A stretch of DNA of 64,000 bases from an uncultured Gammaproteobacteria bacterium (GCA_964422835.1 CAYRCR010000001.1:212517-276516), one strand, 5' to 3'. Shown: positions 29,350-39,653, numbered from the stretch's first letter. The notes: a model not told the origin generated them from the letters alone. A program made the numbers and translations.

Positions 29350-30506
29350 TTTTTAAATCGTGGCAAGGCAATTTCTACGGTCGTTCCGCGGCCAACCCTT
29401 GAATTAATACTGATAGTCCCCCTATGCGTGTCAATGATATTTTTTACTAAAAAAAGCCCCAAACCCATTCCCCGTTCCGATTTTTCATCTCCCTTAAAAA
29501 ACCCCTCAAACACCTTTCCTAAATCTTTTTTTTCAATACCTTTTCCATAATCCTTGACAGCCAATATGATATCTGACTCCGTTTCGCTCAATTCTAATTT
29601 GATTTCACCCTGGTTGGTAGAAAATTTGCTAGCATTGTCAAGTAAATTTGAGATCGCCTGCAATAATTTATCAAAATCGCCAATAATTAACCCGGCAGAC
29701 GGAGTTGTTTTATTCTCAAAAACCAATTTTCTATCAGGATAATTAAAACGGAATCTTAAAATAGCTTTACCAATAATCTCTTTTATGTCATGCTCCCGTA
29801 AGTCAAAATGAAACTTACCAACATTAATTCTACTAATATCCAGAAGTTCATTAACAAGCCCTGTTAATCTTGATATTTCCCCTGATAATTCCTGGATCCA
29901 ACGTGCTGGTTTGGGAGGAAGTTGCTGCAACTGGGTTTCCAAAAGCTGGGCATACCCGCTAATTGTCGTTAAGGGAGTGCGCAATTCATGAGCAGCCAGA
30001 GAGATGAATAAATCACGGTGTTTCAAAGCCTGTTGTGCCTGCTGATAAAGTTGAGTTTTCCTGATTGCCAACGATGCCATTGATCCGAAAAGTTTGAGAG
30101 TGTTTTCATCATTTACAGAGAAATCTTCATCTTTAGATGAACGGACGGTTAGGGCTCCGATTGGTTTTCTGCGATAGGAAAGAGGTATAAAAATAAGTGA
30201 CTTCACTCCCGCTTTTACGATTTCTGGATGTATTCGCCTTAATTCTTTTGCATAAACTATCAAAACTTTCTGCTCGCTTATAGATTTATAAGTAAAACCT
30301 CGTTTGCGGACTTTAGTATTTGAAAAATCGGGGTTTACGCTATAAACTGTTGTAATCCCCTTTCCGTCAACCAGAGAAACAGAGCCCCCATTTCCTTTTA
30401 CCAATCTGATAGCTTCATGTACAATAATGGCATACGTTTCCTCCGGCGTTAGCGGCACTAAAAATTTTAGGCCGCTTTTGTATATTTTTTCAAGGGTATT
30501 ATCCAT
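29346..30506 (-). CDS. cytoplasmic GAF-domain sensor histidine kinase
   Basis: GAF, AHELRTPLT H-box, NLLDNASKF, DYGKG, GMGLGL. Confidence 0.93.
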   Translation of the reverse strand: MDNTLEKIYKSGLKFLVPLTPEETYAIIVHEAIRLVKGNGGSVSLVDGKGITTVYSVNPDFSNTKVRKRGFTYKSISEQKVLIVYAKELRRIHPEIVKAGVKSLIFIPLSYRRKPIGALTVRSSKDEDFSVNDENTLKLFGSMASLAIRKTQLYQQAQQALKHRDLFISLAAHELRTPLTTISGYAQLLETQLQQLPPKPARWIQELSGEISRLTGLVNELLDISRINVGKFHFDLREHDIKEIIGKAILRFRFNYPDRKLVFENKTTPSAGLIIGDFDKLLQAISNLLDNASKFSTNQGEIKLELSETESDIILAVKDYGKGIEKKDLGKVFEGFFKGDEKSERGMGLGLFLVKNIIDTHRGTISINSRVGRGTTVEIALPRFKK

Positions 30507-30611
30507 AATCCTTTAAAACGTGGTTATTTTACCATGTTTGATCTTGACTTTACAATACTGATGAAAAGTTTTAGGAAATATAGGCACGACAAGATAGAGT
30601 TCTTACAATTT

Positions 30612-31868
30612 TTAGTCTTCTTTTTTGATACTTGCCCCAAGAGAGGAGAGTTTGCCTACCATATCTTCATAACCCCGTTCAATAAGTTGCGCTTCATCAA
30701 TTACGCTCGTGCCGGAGGCTGCCAAGGCAGCCAAAACCAGGGCCATTCCGGCCCTGATATCCGGACTTTCCATATGTCTCCCAGTCAGTTTGGTCGGGCC
30801 ATATACCAAAACCCGGTGAGGATCGGCAATGATAATATGGGCACCCATGGAAATTAGTTTGTCCACAAAGAACATCCTTGTTTCATACATCCAGTCATGA
30901 AGAAGAGACATACCCCGGGCACGCGTTGCAAGAACTATTACCGCACTCATCAGGTCTGTCGGGAACCCCGGCCAGATATTAGTATGAAGTCTTGGGATGG
31001 CAGTTAAATTTTTAGCTGATATTGCAATCACATCTTCTTTATCTTTGAAATTTATTCCCATTTTTTTAAGGTGGCAAGTGACCGGAGCAAGATCCGGCAA
31101 ATCCTTTTTTTCAATTTCAATTGCGCCTCCGGTTAAAGCTGCTGCAATGGCGTAAGTCCCGAATTCTATATGGTCCGGGCAAATGGAAAAAGTTGTCCCA
31201 TGAAGTTTTTCTACACCCCGGATTTCAATGATCTGGGTACCAATTCCGGAAATTTTGGCACCCATTTGACAAAGCATCTGGCAAAGGTCGCTGATATGCG
31301 GTTCTGAAGCGCAATTTTTAATCGTAACTTTTATATTCCCCAACACGGATGCAAGAATCATACTTTCAGTGCCGGTTACCGAACACTCACTCATAAAAAT
31401 TTCCCTGTCATGCCCATTTGTACCTCTTTTCCCTTTATATTCCAAATCACGAATTTGAAATACAAAACCCAACTTTTTTAACCCTTCAAGGTGCGGGTCA
31501 ATGCTCCTTCTGCCAATAATATCCCCTCCCGGAAAAACAAAGGAAGCTTTGCCCAGACGCGCCAGCAATGGTCCTACAAATAAAATCGAAGCCCGAAGTT
31601 TTTTTACCAGGTCGTTTGGCAAATCCGTTTTGGTAATTTTTTCACATTTAATTTTTAATATAGCACCATCCCTTTTTATATATGCACCCAGTCTTTGCAA
31701 TATTTCTGCCAATACATCAACATCAGAAATTTGGGGAACATTTTTTAGCGTTACCTCATCAGAGGTTAAGATGCATGCCGCAAGGGCCGGTAAAATTTCA
31801 TTCTTGTTGCCCGAAAGCTTGATCCTGCCGGAAAGTTTCCTTCCGCCTTCAATAATATATTTAGACAT
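30612..31868 (-). CDS. murA: UDP-N-acetylglucosamine 1-carboxyvinyltransferase (Asp at the fosfomycin-target Cys position)
   Basis: LRASI, PGGDIIGRR, WPGFPTD, DIRAG, IERGYE. Confidence 0.95.
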   Translation of the reverse strand: MSKYIIEGGRKLSGRIKLSGNKNEILPALAACILTSDEVTLKNVPQISDVDVLAEILQRLGAYIKRDGAILKIKCEKITKTDLPNDLVKKLRASILFVGPLLARLGKASFVFPGGDIIGRRSIDPHLEGLKKLGFVFQIRDLEYKGKRGTNGHDREIFMSECSVTGTESMILASVLGNIKVTIKNCASEPHISDLCQMLCQMGAKISGIGTQIIEIRGVEKLHGTTFSICPDHIEFGTYAIAAALTGGAIEIEKKDLPDLAPVTCHLKKMGINFKDKEDVIAISAKNLTAIPRLHTNIWPGFPTDLMSAVIVLATRARGMSLLHDWMYETRMFFVDKLISMGAHIIIADPHRVLVYGPTKLTGRHMESPDIRAGMALVLAALAASGTSVIDEAQLIERGYEDMVGKLSSLGASIKKED

Positions 31869-33186
31869 AGTTTAAAGAGTCTTTGATGCGCCTTAAGGTT
31901 TCTTCTTCTCCCAAAATTTTAATGCTTTCAAAAAGAGGAGGGGTAACAAGTTGTCCGGAGATTGCGGCACGGATTAGTTGGAACATATCCCCCGCTTTAA
32001 TTTTTTCATCCTCTGCCAGTTTTCTAAAACCTGCCTCAAATTCTTTTGCCTCCCAGGGTTTTTTTAAGTTTTCCATAATCTGCATAATTTTTTCCAGCAC
32101 GGTTTTTTTATCGCTTATTTTAATTTTGGCAAAAATTTCTTTATCATAATCCGGTTTTTCCCGGAGAAAATCTGTCAGAGGTATAAAATCAGAAAGTTTT
32201 TTAATTCTTTCTTTTATCAAGGGGACTACTGGTGCGATATCTCGCACAGGATGATCCTCCTTCGCTAAAGCTCCGGCGGACAAGTCCACCAAAAATTCCT
32301 GCAGCCTTTTTGTTAATTCTTCATCTGACATTTTTCTGATATATTCCCCATTCATCCATTCCAGTTTGGTAATATCAAAAACAGGTGACGATAAATTCAT
32401 GTCCTTTAAATCGAAATCTTTCACCATTTCATCCAGAGAAATAATTTCCCGATCTCCTTTTGGCCTCCAACCTAAAAGAGCCATAAAGTTTAGCAATGCT
32501 TCTTTTAAATAACCATCCTGGCGAAATTCTAAGGCAGATTTTGCGCCATGCCTTTTTGACAACTTACTTTTGTCTGAACCCAAAAGCAGCGGCAAATGAG
32601 CAAATTGGGGAATTTCCCACCCAAGCGCCTCATAGAGTTGTATATGTTTGGGCACGGAAGAAATATATTCATTTCCCCTGATAACATGAGTTATTTGCAT
32701 TAAATGGTCATCAATGACATTTGCAAAATTATAAGTGGGATATCCATCGGATTTTAATAGTACAAAATCCTCTTGTAGACTATTTTCAATTTCAATTTTT
32801 CTGTTACCAACCAAATCCACCCAAGAAGTTTTTCCCTCTTTATTGGTTCTAAATCTAATTGCGCCTTCATCTTTAAAAGCAACTCCCTTTTCTAAGAGTT
32901 CATCTGCGTACTTTCTATAAAGATCTAATCTCTCTGATTGAACATAAGGGGCAAACGGCCCACCAACATCTGGACCTTCATCATAATCCAGCCCTAGCCA
33001 GTGGAGTGTCTCAAAAATTTTTTCAGCAGCTTCCAGAACTAACCTCTCTCGATCAGTATCTTCTAAACGCAAGATAAATTTGCCGTTGTTTTTGCGGGCA
33101 AATAAGTAATTTATTAAGGCAGCCCAGGTATTTCCAATATGGGGGATACCGGTTGGCGAAGGCGCAGTTCTTACTCGAACTTCCAT
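31861..33186 (-). CDS. gltX: glutamate--tRNA ligase (short form)
   Basis: APSPTG.PHIG, LEDTD, HVIRG, KLSKR. Confidence 0.96.
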   Translation of the reverse strand: MEVRVRTAPSPTGIPHIGNTWAALINYLFARKNNGKFILRLEDTDRERLVLEAAEKIFETLHWLGLDYDEGPDVGGPFAPYVQSERLDLYRKYADELLEKGVAFKDEGAIRFRTNKEGKTSWVDLVGNRKIEIENSLQEDFVLLKSDGYPTYNFANVIDDHLMQITHVIRGNEYISSVPKHIQLYEALGWEIPQFAHLPLLLGSDKSKLSKRHGAKSALEFRQDGYLKEALLNFMALLGWRPKGDREIISLDEMVKDFDLKDMNLSSPVFDITKLEWMNGEYIRKMSDEELTKRLQEFLVDLSAGALAKEDHPVRDIAPVVPLIKERIKKLSDFIPLTDFLREKPDYDKEIFAKIKISDKKTVLEKIMQIMENLKKPWEAKEFEAGFRKLAEDEKIKAGDMFQLIRAAISGQLVTPPLFESIKILGEEETLRRIKDSLNYV

Positions 33187-33240
33187 AACCTACATATTAT
33201 ACCAATCTTAGGCTTTACTGTATAATAAGTTCATACTGCC

Positions 33241-34218
33241 ATGACTCTAACACAAGCCGCCACACTTACAAAACGCACAATAATTGCCTTTCTCATTTTA
33301 GGAATTCTGGGGATTGCCGGGGCGGTGGGCCTTAATTTCTACAGACAATATCAAGCTCTTCATGCTCCTCCTCCGCCAGAGGTACATTGGGAAGAATGGG
33401 GACAACTCCCACTTCCGGTTTTCCCCCCTTCAACAGTTACCTCATCCAATTTTTCCTACTCACTGGATACAACCACCGGTAGCCTGCCACAAACACCCCA
33501 GGATATACCCAAATCATTGAGAGTTTACTTCATCGCCCAAACAGGCATTAACCTCCGCGCACCGGATAAAGCCAGGGAGTTGGCAGAAAATTTTGGCTTT
33601 CCGGAAGGCCCCAAAATTTTATCGGAAGAAACCAGGGAGTTTGGTGATAAAAAAGGCGGAACTTTGACCATCAATCTTATTACAGGAAATTTTAATTTCG
33701 AAAAAATAGCCCCCCCTGCCGCTGAACTGAAAAACATCCCTGATAAATCCACATTAGTTGAAGCATTGAAAAAATATCTGGCAGAGAAAAATTTATTGCC
33801 CGAGGCCCTGCTAAACGGCGAAGGTAAAACATCGACAGACAACCCTATGCAAGTTTCACTCTTTCCGGCTGATATCGATAGATTATCTGTTGTGACACCA
33901 TCGGAAACTGAAGGGTTGGTCCACGCACTTTATTCCAGAAAAGATGAGACATTCAGTAAATTAACTTACACATTTTGGACAGTTGATCAGACATCGTTTG
34001 CCACCTATCCTTTAAAAACTGCCGAAGAAGCATACAGCGACCTTGTGTCAGGTAAGGGGTATATAAGCATTATCCCGGATAAACCGGCAGTTTCCATTTC
34101 GATGGTTTATCTTGCCTATTTTGAGCCGGAAGATTATGCATCCTACCTTCAGCCGGTATTTATCTTTGAGGGGCCAAATTTTAAAGCTCTAGTTCCGGCA
34201 GTTAAGTCGGCCAGGTGA
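33241..34218 (+). CDS. membrane-anchored hypothetical protein
   Basis: 325 aa, N-terminal TM, YLQPVFIF C-terminus. Confidence 0.75.
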   Translation: MTLTQAATLTKRTIIAFLILGILGIAGAVGLNFYRQYQALHAPPPPEVHWEEWGQLPLPVFPPSTVTSSNFSYSLDTTTGSLPQTPQDIPKSLRVYFIAQTGINLRAPDKARELAENFGFPEGPKILSEETREFGDKKGGTLTINLITGNFNFEKIAPPAAELKNIPDKSTLVEALKKYLAEKNLLPEALLNGEGKTSTDNPMQVSLFPADIDRLSVVTPSETEGLVHALYSRKDETFSKLTYTFWTVDQTSFATYPLKTAEEAYSDLVSGKGYISIIPDKPAVSISMVYLAYFEPEDYASYLQPVFIFEGPNFKALVPAVKSAR

Positions 34219-35131
34219 AATTGGCAAAAGTCCAGTCAATCAGTTTTTTGGTTTCCCCGAAACGGTCTTCGGATCCTAAAACTACCATCAAAACAATATG
34301 CCCATCCCGTTCCATCAAGCTGACCAAATTCTCCCGGGCCAGAGGCGTTGTACCGGTCTTCATGCCCAACATACCGGGGATGTCCAGTAATTTATTCAAG
34401 TTTTTCAAAGGATGGATGAATTTAAGATCTACGGATGCTACTTCTGTTTCACGGGTGGCCACCACTTTGGCTATCTGGATATTATCAGAAGCCACAGCGG
34501 CAATTTTGGCAAGGTCAGAAGCTGTTGAAAAATGATCAGGTGAATCATAGCCTGCCGGGTTATCAAAATGGGAATTTAAAAGGCCTAAGCTTGCTGCTTT
34601 TTGGTTCATTTTATCAATAAAAGTATCTTTTCCCCCGGGATAATTTTCAGCGATTGTATAGGCTGCATCATTACCGGAGTTGAGTAACATCCCGAATAAA
34701 ATACTGCGGAATGTCATTTGCTCTCCCGCCTTAAGCCCCATGGAAGAGCCGTTGATATTTCCCAAATCATCCGGCACCTCCAAAATATCACCGGGCTTAA
34801 AATATTCCACAGCCACAAGCGCAGTCATTATCTTGGTTGTTGAAGCAATCGGCAAACGGGTATCAGCGCTTTTGCTGTATAAAATATTGTCCGAACCCAT
34901 ATCTTTTATGACAGCCGCAGCCGCCGAAAGTGGCGGAGGAAGTGTACCTTTATCTTTTGGGGGCAAAACTACCTTTTCTACCGCCGCTACCTCACCCCGG
35001 GAAAATGCCACTCCCTCCGCGACGTTCGAAGATACAACTTTAGTTTGTATTAGATCAACAGCCCTGGGCAAACTTAAAAGCACATTGATGGCCAAAAGCA
35101 AAAAAATGGCAGAAAGAAGTATCTTCTTCAT
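34202..35131 (-). CDS. D-alanyl-D-alanine carboxypeptidase (peptidase S11)
   Basis: ASTTK (SxxK), SGN (SxN), KTG. Confidence 0.92.
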   Translation of the reverse strand: MKKILLSAIFLLLAINVLLSLPRAVDLIQTKVVSSNVAEGVAFSRGEVAAVEKVVLPPKDKGTLPPPLSAAAAVIKDMGSDNILYSKSADTRLPIASTTKIMTALVAVEYFKPGDILEVPDDLGNINGSSMGLKAGEQMTFRSILFGMLLNSGNDAAYTIAENYPGGKDTFIDKMNQKAASLGLLNSHFDNPAGYDSPDHFSTASDLAKIAAVASDNIQIAKVVATRETEVASVDLKFIHPLKNLNKLLDIPGMLGMKTGTTPLARENLVSLMERDGHIVLMVVLGSEDRFGETKKLIDWTFANFTWPT

Positions 35132-36453
35132 TTTAGGGTAGATAGTCTGACATCAACCCGCTCCATGTCACGGGGGAAAAGTGAAGCCTCACGGACATTG
35201 GAAAGACCCAAAATATGCATCACAATTCTCTCCGATCCGAACGAAAATCCCCCCTCGGGAGGCATGCCGTATTTAAATGCTTGCAGATAAATCTCACTTT
35301 TCTGTAAATCCACCCCCCGTTCTTTTGCCTTTTCTACCAATAATTTGTAATCATTGATTCTTTGCCCACCTGTTAGCCACTCGGTTCCCCGTCCGATTAA
35401 ATCAAAACTTAATGTGAAACCTTGATCTTTTGGATCTTCAAAAGTATAGAACGGGCGTTTTGAAACAGGGTAATGCGTCACGAAAACTAAATCTGATCCT
35501 TTCTCTTCCAGTGCCCAGCGGCAAATTTCTCTCTCATCTTCCGGCTCCAGATCCGGCTCTTTTCTATTATCCCGGCCGGTCCTTTTAAAAATAATTTCCT
35601 GCGCTTCCCGTAACTTAATTCTGGGGATTTCTCTGCTAATCTGTGGAACGCTCACCTTGCACAAATCAAGCGTTGTCTTACATTCCTTCGCCACCCTGTC
35701 AAAAATGTATCTTACCGTATATTCCACCATATCCATAATTTCCGTCCAGGATTCAATGAAACCAAATTCTGCATCGAGTGTAGTTACCTCTGTCAGATGT
35801 CTTGTGGTAACGGACGGTTCTGCACGAAGTGTTTTATTAACTGTAAAAACCCGCTCAAAAACAGGCACCAGAATTTGTTTGTAAAATTGCGGACTTTGAG
35901 AAAGATAAGCTTTTTGTCCAAAATATTTCACCTCAAACACTTCCGCCCCGCCTTCAGCAGCTTGGGGAATGATAACAGGAGACTGAAATTCCGTAAAATC
36001 TTTTTCCTTTAAAGCCTCCCGGAAAGCATCAATCACCACTTCCTGCATTTTAAAAATCTCTTTTATTTTGGGGTGGCGGAGCGTTAATCCGCGAAAGTCC
36101 AGCAGGGTTGGAAGTTGTAAATCAAGATCTTTCACTCCCATATCAAAAGGGAGTTCCTCGGCTTTTGACAAAACCTCAATTTCTTCCGCCTGCAACTCAA
36201 TGGAGCCAGTGACAAGGTTTTTATTGACCAGATTTTCCGGGCGCTTACTGACTTTTCCTGTAATACAGACCACATCCTGCGGTCGTAAACTTCCAGCCAG
36301 CTCTCCGTTTGCTACAACCTGTAAAACTCCTGACCTGTCGGAAATATCCAAAAAAACTATCTTGCCGTGGTCGCGACGGGTTGTCACAAATCCACAGATT
36401 TTAACTGCCTCCCCAACTTTACTCACACAATCCAAGATTAATGTTCTTTCCAT
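35128..36453 (-). CDS. aspS: aspartate--tRNA(Asp/Asn) ligase, archaeal/non-discriminating type
   Basis: OB fold, EGGAEVF, LSQSPQFYKQ, RAE...RHLTE, YGMPPEGG, FPRD; no GAD domain. Confidence 0.92.
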   Translation of the reverse strand: MERTLILDCVSKVGEAVKICGFVTTRRDHGKIVFLDISDRSGVLQVVANGELAGSLRPQDVVCITGKVSKRPENLVNKNLVTGSIELQAEEIEVLSKAEELPFDMGVKDLDLQLPTLLDFRGLTLRHPKIKEIFKMQEVVIDAFREALKEKDFTEFQSPVIIPQAAEGGAEVFEVKYFGQKAYLSQSPQFYKQILVPVFERVFTVNKTLRAEPSVTTRHLTEVTTLDAEFGFIESWTEIMDMVEYTVRYIFDRVAKECKTTLDLCKVSVPQISREIPRIKLREAQEIIFKRTGRDNRKEPDLEPEDEREICRWALEEKGSDLVFVTHYPVSKRPFYTFEDPKDQGFTLSFDLIGRGTEWLTGGQRINDYKLLVEKAKERGVDLQKSEIYLQAFKYGMPPEGGFSFGSERIVMHILGLSNVREASLFPRDMERVDVRLSTLK

Positions 36454-36517
36454 TGAATTGATAATAACAGCTTAAGTTTGCCTTGACAATACCAGTAAAG
36501 CAAATTAGAATGGTATT

Positions 36518-36610
36518 ATGACGTTCGTAAATTTAAGTGTAGCGTTGCTTTTGGGTCTTCTCTTTGTACTTGTTTCAGGCATAGTATCTTTCAAAACCGT
36601 CAAGGCTTAA
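36518..36610 (+). CDS. 30-aa single-TM small protein (not in ORF track)
   Basis: MTFVNLSVALLLGLLFVLVSGIVSFKTVKA behind TTGACA-17-TAGAAT. Confidence 0.55.
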   Translation: MTFVNLSVALLLGLLFVLVSGIVSFKTVKA

Positions 36611-38039
36611 TGGTTTTGAAATGTTTTCTAATCTGGGCTTTGGCAGAGCTTGTTACGGTAAATTCCAGCCAATCTCTGTTTGGTTTCTTGTTTCCCTTGC
36701 CTAAAATTATCTCTACCACATCACCATTTTGGATCTTAAAGTCAAGCGGTACCATTTTACCATTAACTTTAGCACCAGAGCATCCATCTCCCACTTCCGT
36801 ATGCAGACAGTAGGCAAAATCAACCGGGGTTGCGCCTGCCGGTAAATCTTTTACGTCACCTCCGGGAGTAAAGCAAAAAACTCTTTCCCCGAAAAAATCA
36901 GTTTTGACACTTTTTAAAAATTCGCTGTCGTTTGTCACTTCTTTTTGCCATTTCGCCAAATTTTTGACCCACTCCAATTTTTCAGCGCTCGTTGCAAAAC
37001 CACGGGAGACTTCCGCATCCGATACCCCCCTACTTTTCATTTCCGCATAATTCCAGTGGGCAGCCAACCCGTATTCTGCTTCTTCGTGCATCTCCTCCGT
37101 CCTGATTTGAATTTCAAAAATCCGACCCTGGGGGCCTACAACTTTAGTATGGATAGACCTGTAGCCATTTGGCTTGGGATGGGTAATAAAATCACTGACA
37201 GAGCCCGAAACAGGTTTCCACAGTTTATGCACAATATCCAGGACTTTGTAGCAATCTTCAGTGGTGGAAACCACTATCCGAAAAGCTATTAAATCCGAAA
37301 CCTTTGACATATCAAAATTAATTTCCGGGCGGCAGAGCTTCATATATAGTGAATATAAATGCTTGGTCCGGCTTTCAATCCGGTAATGGATTCCCGCTTT
37401 CCCTAAAGATTTTTTCAACTCATCTTTTATTTTCGTCAATATTATATTCAACTCAACTAAATTAGTTTGCAAAAGTTGTTTGGTTTTATCACATGACGCA
37501 CGTTCAAGATAAGCAAAGGCTAAATCCTGCATTTCTCCTTTCATCTCCCCAATCCCAAGCCGTTCTGCCAAGGGCGCAAAAATTTCCAATGTTTCCCGGG
37601 CAACTTCTTCACCCTTTTCCCGCGTGAGGCAAGAAAGGGTCCGTAAATTATCCAAAATATCGCACATTTTAATAAGCACTACACGGAGATCCCGTGCCAA
37701 AACCAAAAACATTTTTCGAAGCTCTTCAGCAAATTCTTTTTCGGTACCTTTTCTAAACTTCACAATATGCAATTTATGGAAAGCATTAAGTATTCCGGCA
37801 ATATCTTCGCCGAATTCCTCTTTCAAATCTTCAGGTGTAGCCGCCCCGTTTAAAATGCTATGATGCAAAATTGCAGCAGATAGTGTTTTCGGGTCAGTGA
37901 CATCAAACTTCATCAGGTTATCAGCCACTTTAACGCAGTGTTCCAAAATCTCCTCGCCGGAAAGCCGTTTTTGCCCCGCCAAAGAAGTTTCGGCAAAATC
38001 ATAAGCTTTTTTGACTAATGGTATTTCCAGATAATTCAT
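36600..38039 (-). CDS. RelA/SpoT-family (p)ppGpp synthetase (HD-like + SYNTH + TGS)
   Basis: APLAERLGI, DLIAFRI, PKPNGYRSIHT, EIQIRT, AAHW, TGS TPVDFAY. Confidence 0.93.
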   Translation of the reverse strand: MNYLEIPLVKKAYDFAETSLAGQKRLSGEEILEHCVKVADNLMKFDVTDPKTLSAAILHHSILNGAATPEDLKEEFGEDIAGILNAFHKLHIVKFRKGTEKEFAEELRKMFLVLARDLRVVLIKMCDILDNLRTLSCLTREKGEEVARETLEIFAPLAERLGIGEMKGEMQDLAFAYLERASCDKTKQLLQTNLVELNIILTKIKDELKKSLGKAGIHYRIESRTKHLYSLYMKLCRPEINFDMSKVSDLIAFRIVVSTTEDCYKVLDIVHKLWKPVSGSVSDFITHPKPNGYRSIHTKVVGPQGRIFEIQIRTEEMHEEAEYGLAAHWNYAEMKSRGVSDAEVSRGFATSAEKLEWVKNLAKWQKEVTNDSEFLKSVKTDFFGERVFCFTPGGDVKDLPAGATPVDFAYCLHTEVGDGCSGAKVNGKMVPLDFKIQNGDVVEIILGKGNKKPNRDWLEFTVTSSAKAQIRKHFKTIKP

Positions 38040-39609
38040 ACAAGTCAGTTACTTTTAGTTGTAATTTTTCCGTATTATTAAATTTATCTATTTCCAGATA
38101 ATAAGCAAGCCCCATGCTTTGCCCGTCTACCAAATTCGGGTACTTTCCCCCAAAAGAGAAGGCGATGGCGTCTATGCCATCGGCTTTAAATTTAAGGTGT
38201 GCTCCACCCCCCACTGTTTTAATATTAGCAATCTTTGCGTTTCCGCTAAAAATTGGCTTGGGATTACCTATGCCGAACGGCTCAAACTTATCCAAAGCCT
38301 CTACCCACGACTTATCAATTTTATCTAAAGCCAACTCCCCGTCGACCTCCATTTTACCACTTCTATCAAATTTAACTTTTTCCATAGCTTTTTGAAGAGA
38401 ACTTTTAAATTCATCAATCTTAGAAGTTTCAATGGTAAACCCGGCAGCAGCCGGATGTCCCCCCACATCAATCAAAAACTTCGAACAGCTTCTAAAAATT
38501 TCCACAATATTGACCCCTTTGACAGAACGGGCAGAACCCTTAGAAACACTTTCCATCCGGCAAATTACCACTGCCGGGATGCCATACTCATCCTTTAACT
38601 TGCCTGCCAAAAGGCCGGTGATGCCGGGAATCCATTTATCAGAAGAGGTCAGAATAATCTTTTCATCCTTGATACTGATCCCTGTTTTGGCCAATACTAA
38701 CCCATCAGTTACCAGCTGCCTTCGCCGGTCATTCGTTTCCCCTAAAAGTTTGGCCAAGTTTCTTGCTTTCATTGGGTCTTTGGTGCAAAGAAGGCGCAAT
38801 GCATCCATAGCATGTTCCAGTCTCCCTTTGGCGTTAAGCCGCGGCCCTAAAACAAAGCCCACATGATATGAATTAATCTCTCCTTCTGTGAGTCCTGCCT
38901 GATTTATCAGTGCCAAAAGACCAACCCTTTTTGTGGAATTTAATTTTTCCAAACCAGCTTTGACCAGAGCACGGTTTACCCCAAGCATTGGTACCATATC
39001 GGAAACTTCGGCCAAAGCCACCAAATCCAGTAAATCTTCTGCGTCTTTTTTTGATAAAAACGAGCGCAGCAAACACCATCCAACAGCTGCCCCGCACATC
39101 TTCGTGGAATGGATAATTGATAAGGCTTCAGGCTTTATATCCTGCGGCAAATGATGGTCGGTGATAATTAAATCCAAACCCATTTTTTGGGCAAGTTTTG
39201 CTTGATCTACAGCTGTAATACCATTATCAACTGTCACAATAAGCTTTGCTCCCTGATCTTTGGCAAATTGTAAACCCGTCTCTGACATACCAAAGCCTTC
39301 TTTTTCCCGATGGGGAATATAGGGCAGGACTTTTGCTCCAACTATAGAAAGTCCTAAATACAAAATGGCGGCACCACACAGTCCGTCAACATCATAATCA
39401 CCATAAACAATAACCAGCTCCTTATTTTTAGTGGCTTGGAGGATTCTTCTTTTCGCGCTTGTAATACCGGGTAAGTCAAATTCTTTTTCAAAGTCCCGCA
39501 AAGCCGGATTAAAAAATTTTTCCCTGTCAGCCTCTTTTATCCCCCGGTTTTTCAAAAGTATTTTAACAAGTTCTTCTTTAGAAGTGATGATTTTTTGAGG
39601 TTTCAACAT
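37999..39609 (-). CDS. recJ: ssDNA exonuclease RecJ
   Basis: GDYDVDG, TVDNG, TDHH, PRLNAKGR, GSARS, GGHPAAAG, EPFGIGNP. Confidence 0.95.
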   Translation of the reverse strand: MLKPQKIITSKEELVKILLKNRGIKEADREKFFNPALRDFEKEFDLPGITSAKRRILQATKNKELVIVYGDYDVDGLCGAAILYLGLSIVGAKVLPYIPHREKEGFGMSETGLQFAKDQGAKLIVTVDNGITAVDQAKLAQKMGLDLIITDHHLPQDIKPEALSIIHSTKMCGAAVGWCLLRSFLSKKDAEDLLDLVALAEVSDMVPMLGVNRALVKAGLEKLNSTKRVGLLALINQAGLTEGEINSYHVGFVLGPRLNAKGRLEHAMDALRLLCTKDPMKARNLAKLLGETNDRRRQLVTDGLVLAKTGISIKDEKIILTSSDKWIPGITGLLAGKLKDEYGIPAVVICRMESVSKGSARSVKGVNIVEIFRSCSKFLIDVGGHPAAAGFTIETSKIDEFKSSLQKAMEKVKFDRSGKMEVDGELALDKIDKSWVEALDKFEPFGIGNPKPIFSGNAKIANIKTVGGGAHLKFKADGIDAIAFSFGGKYPNLVDGQSMGLAYYLEIDKFNNTEKLQLKVTDLYELSGNTISQKSL

Positions 39610-39653
39610 ACCCAAAGATTGTAACATAGGGCGTTTAACGGTAAAATCGTGGT

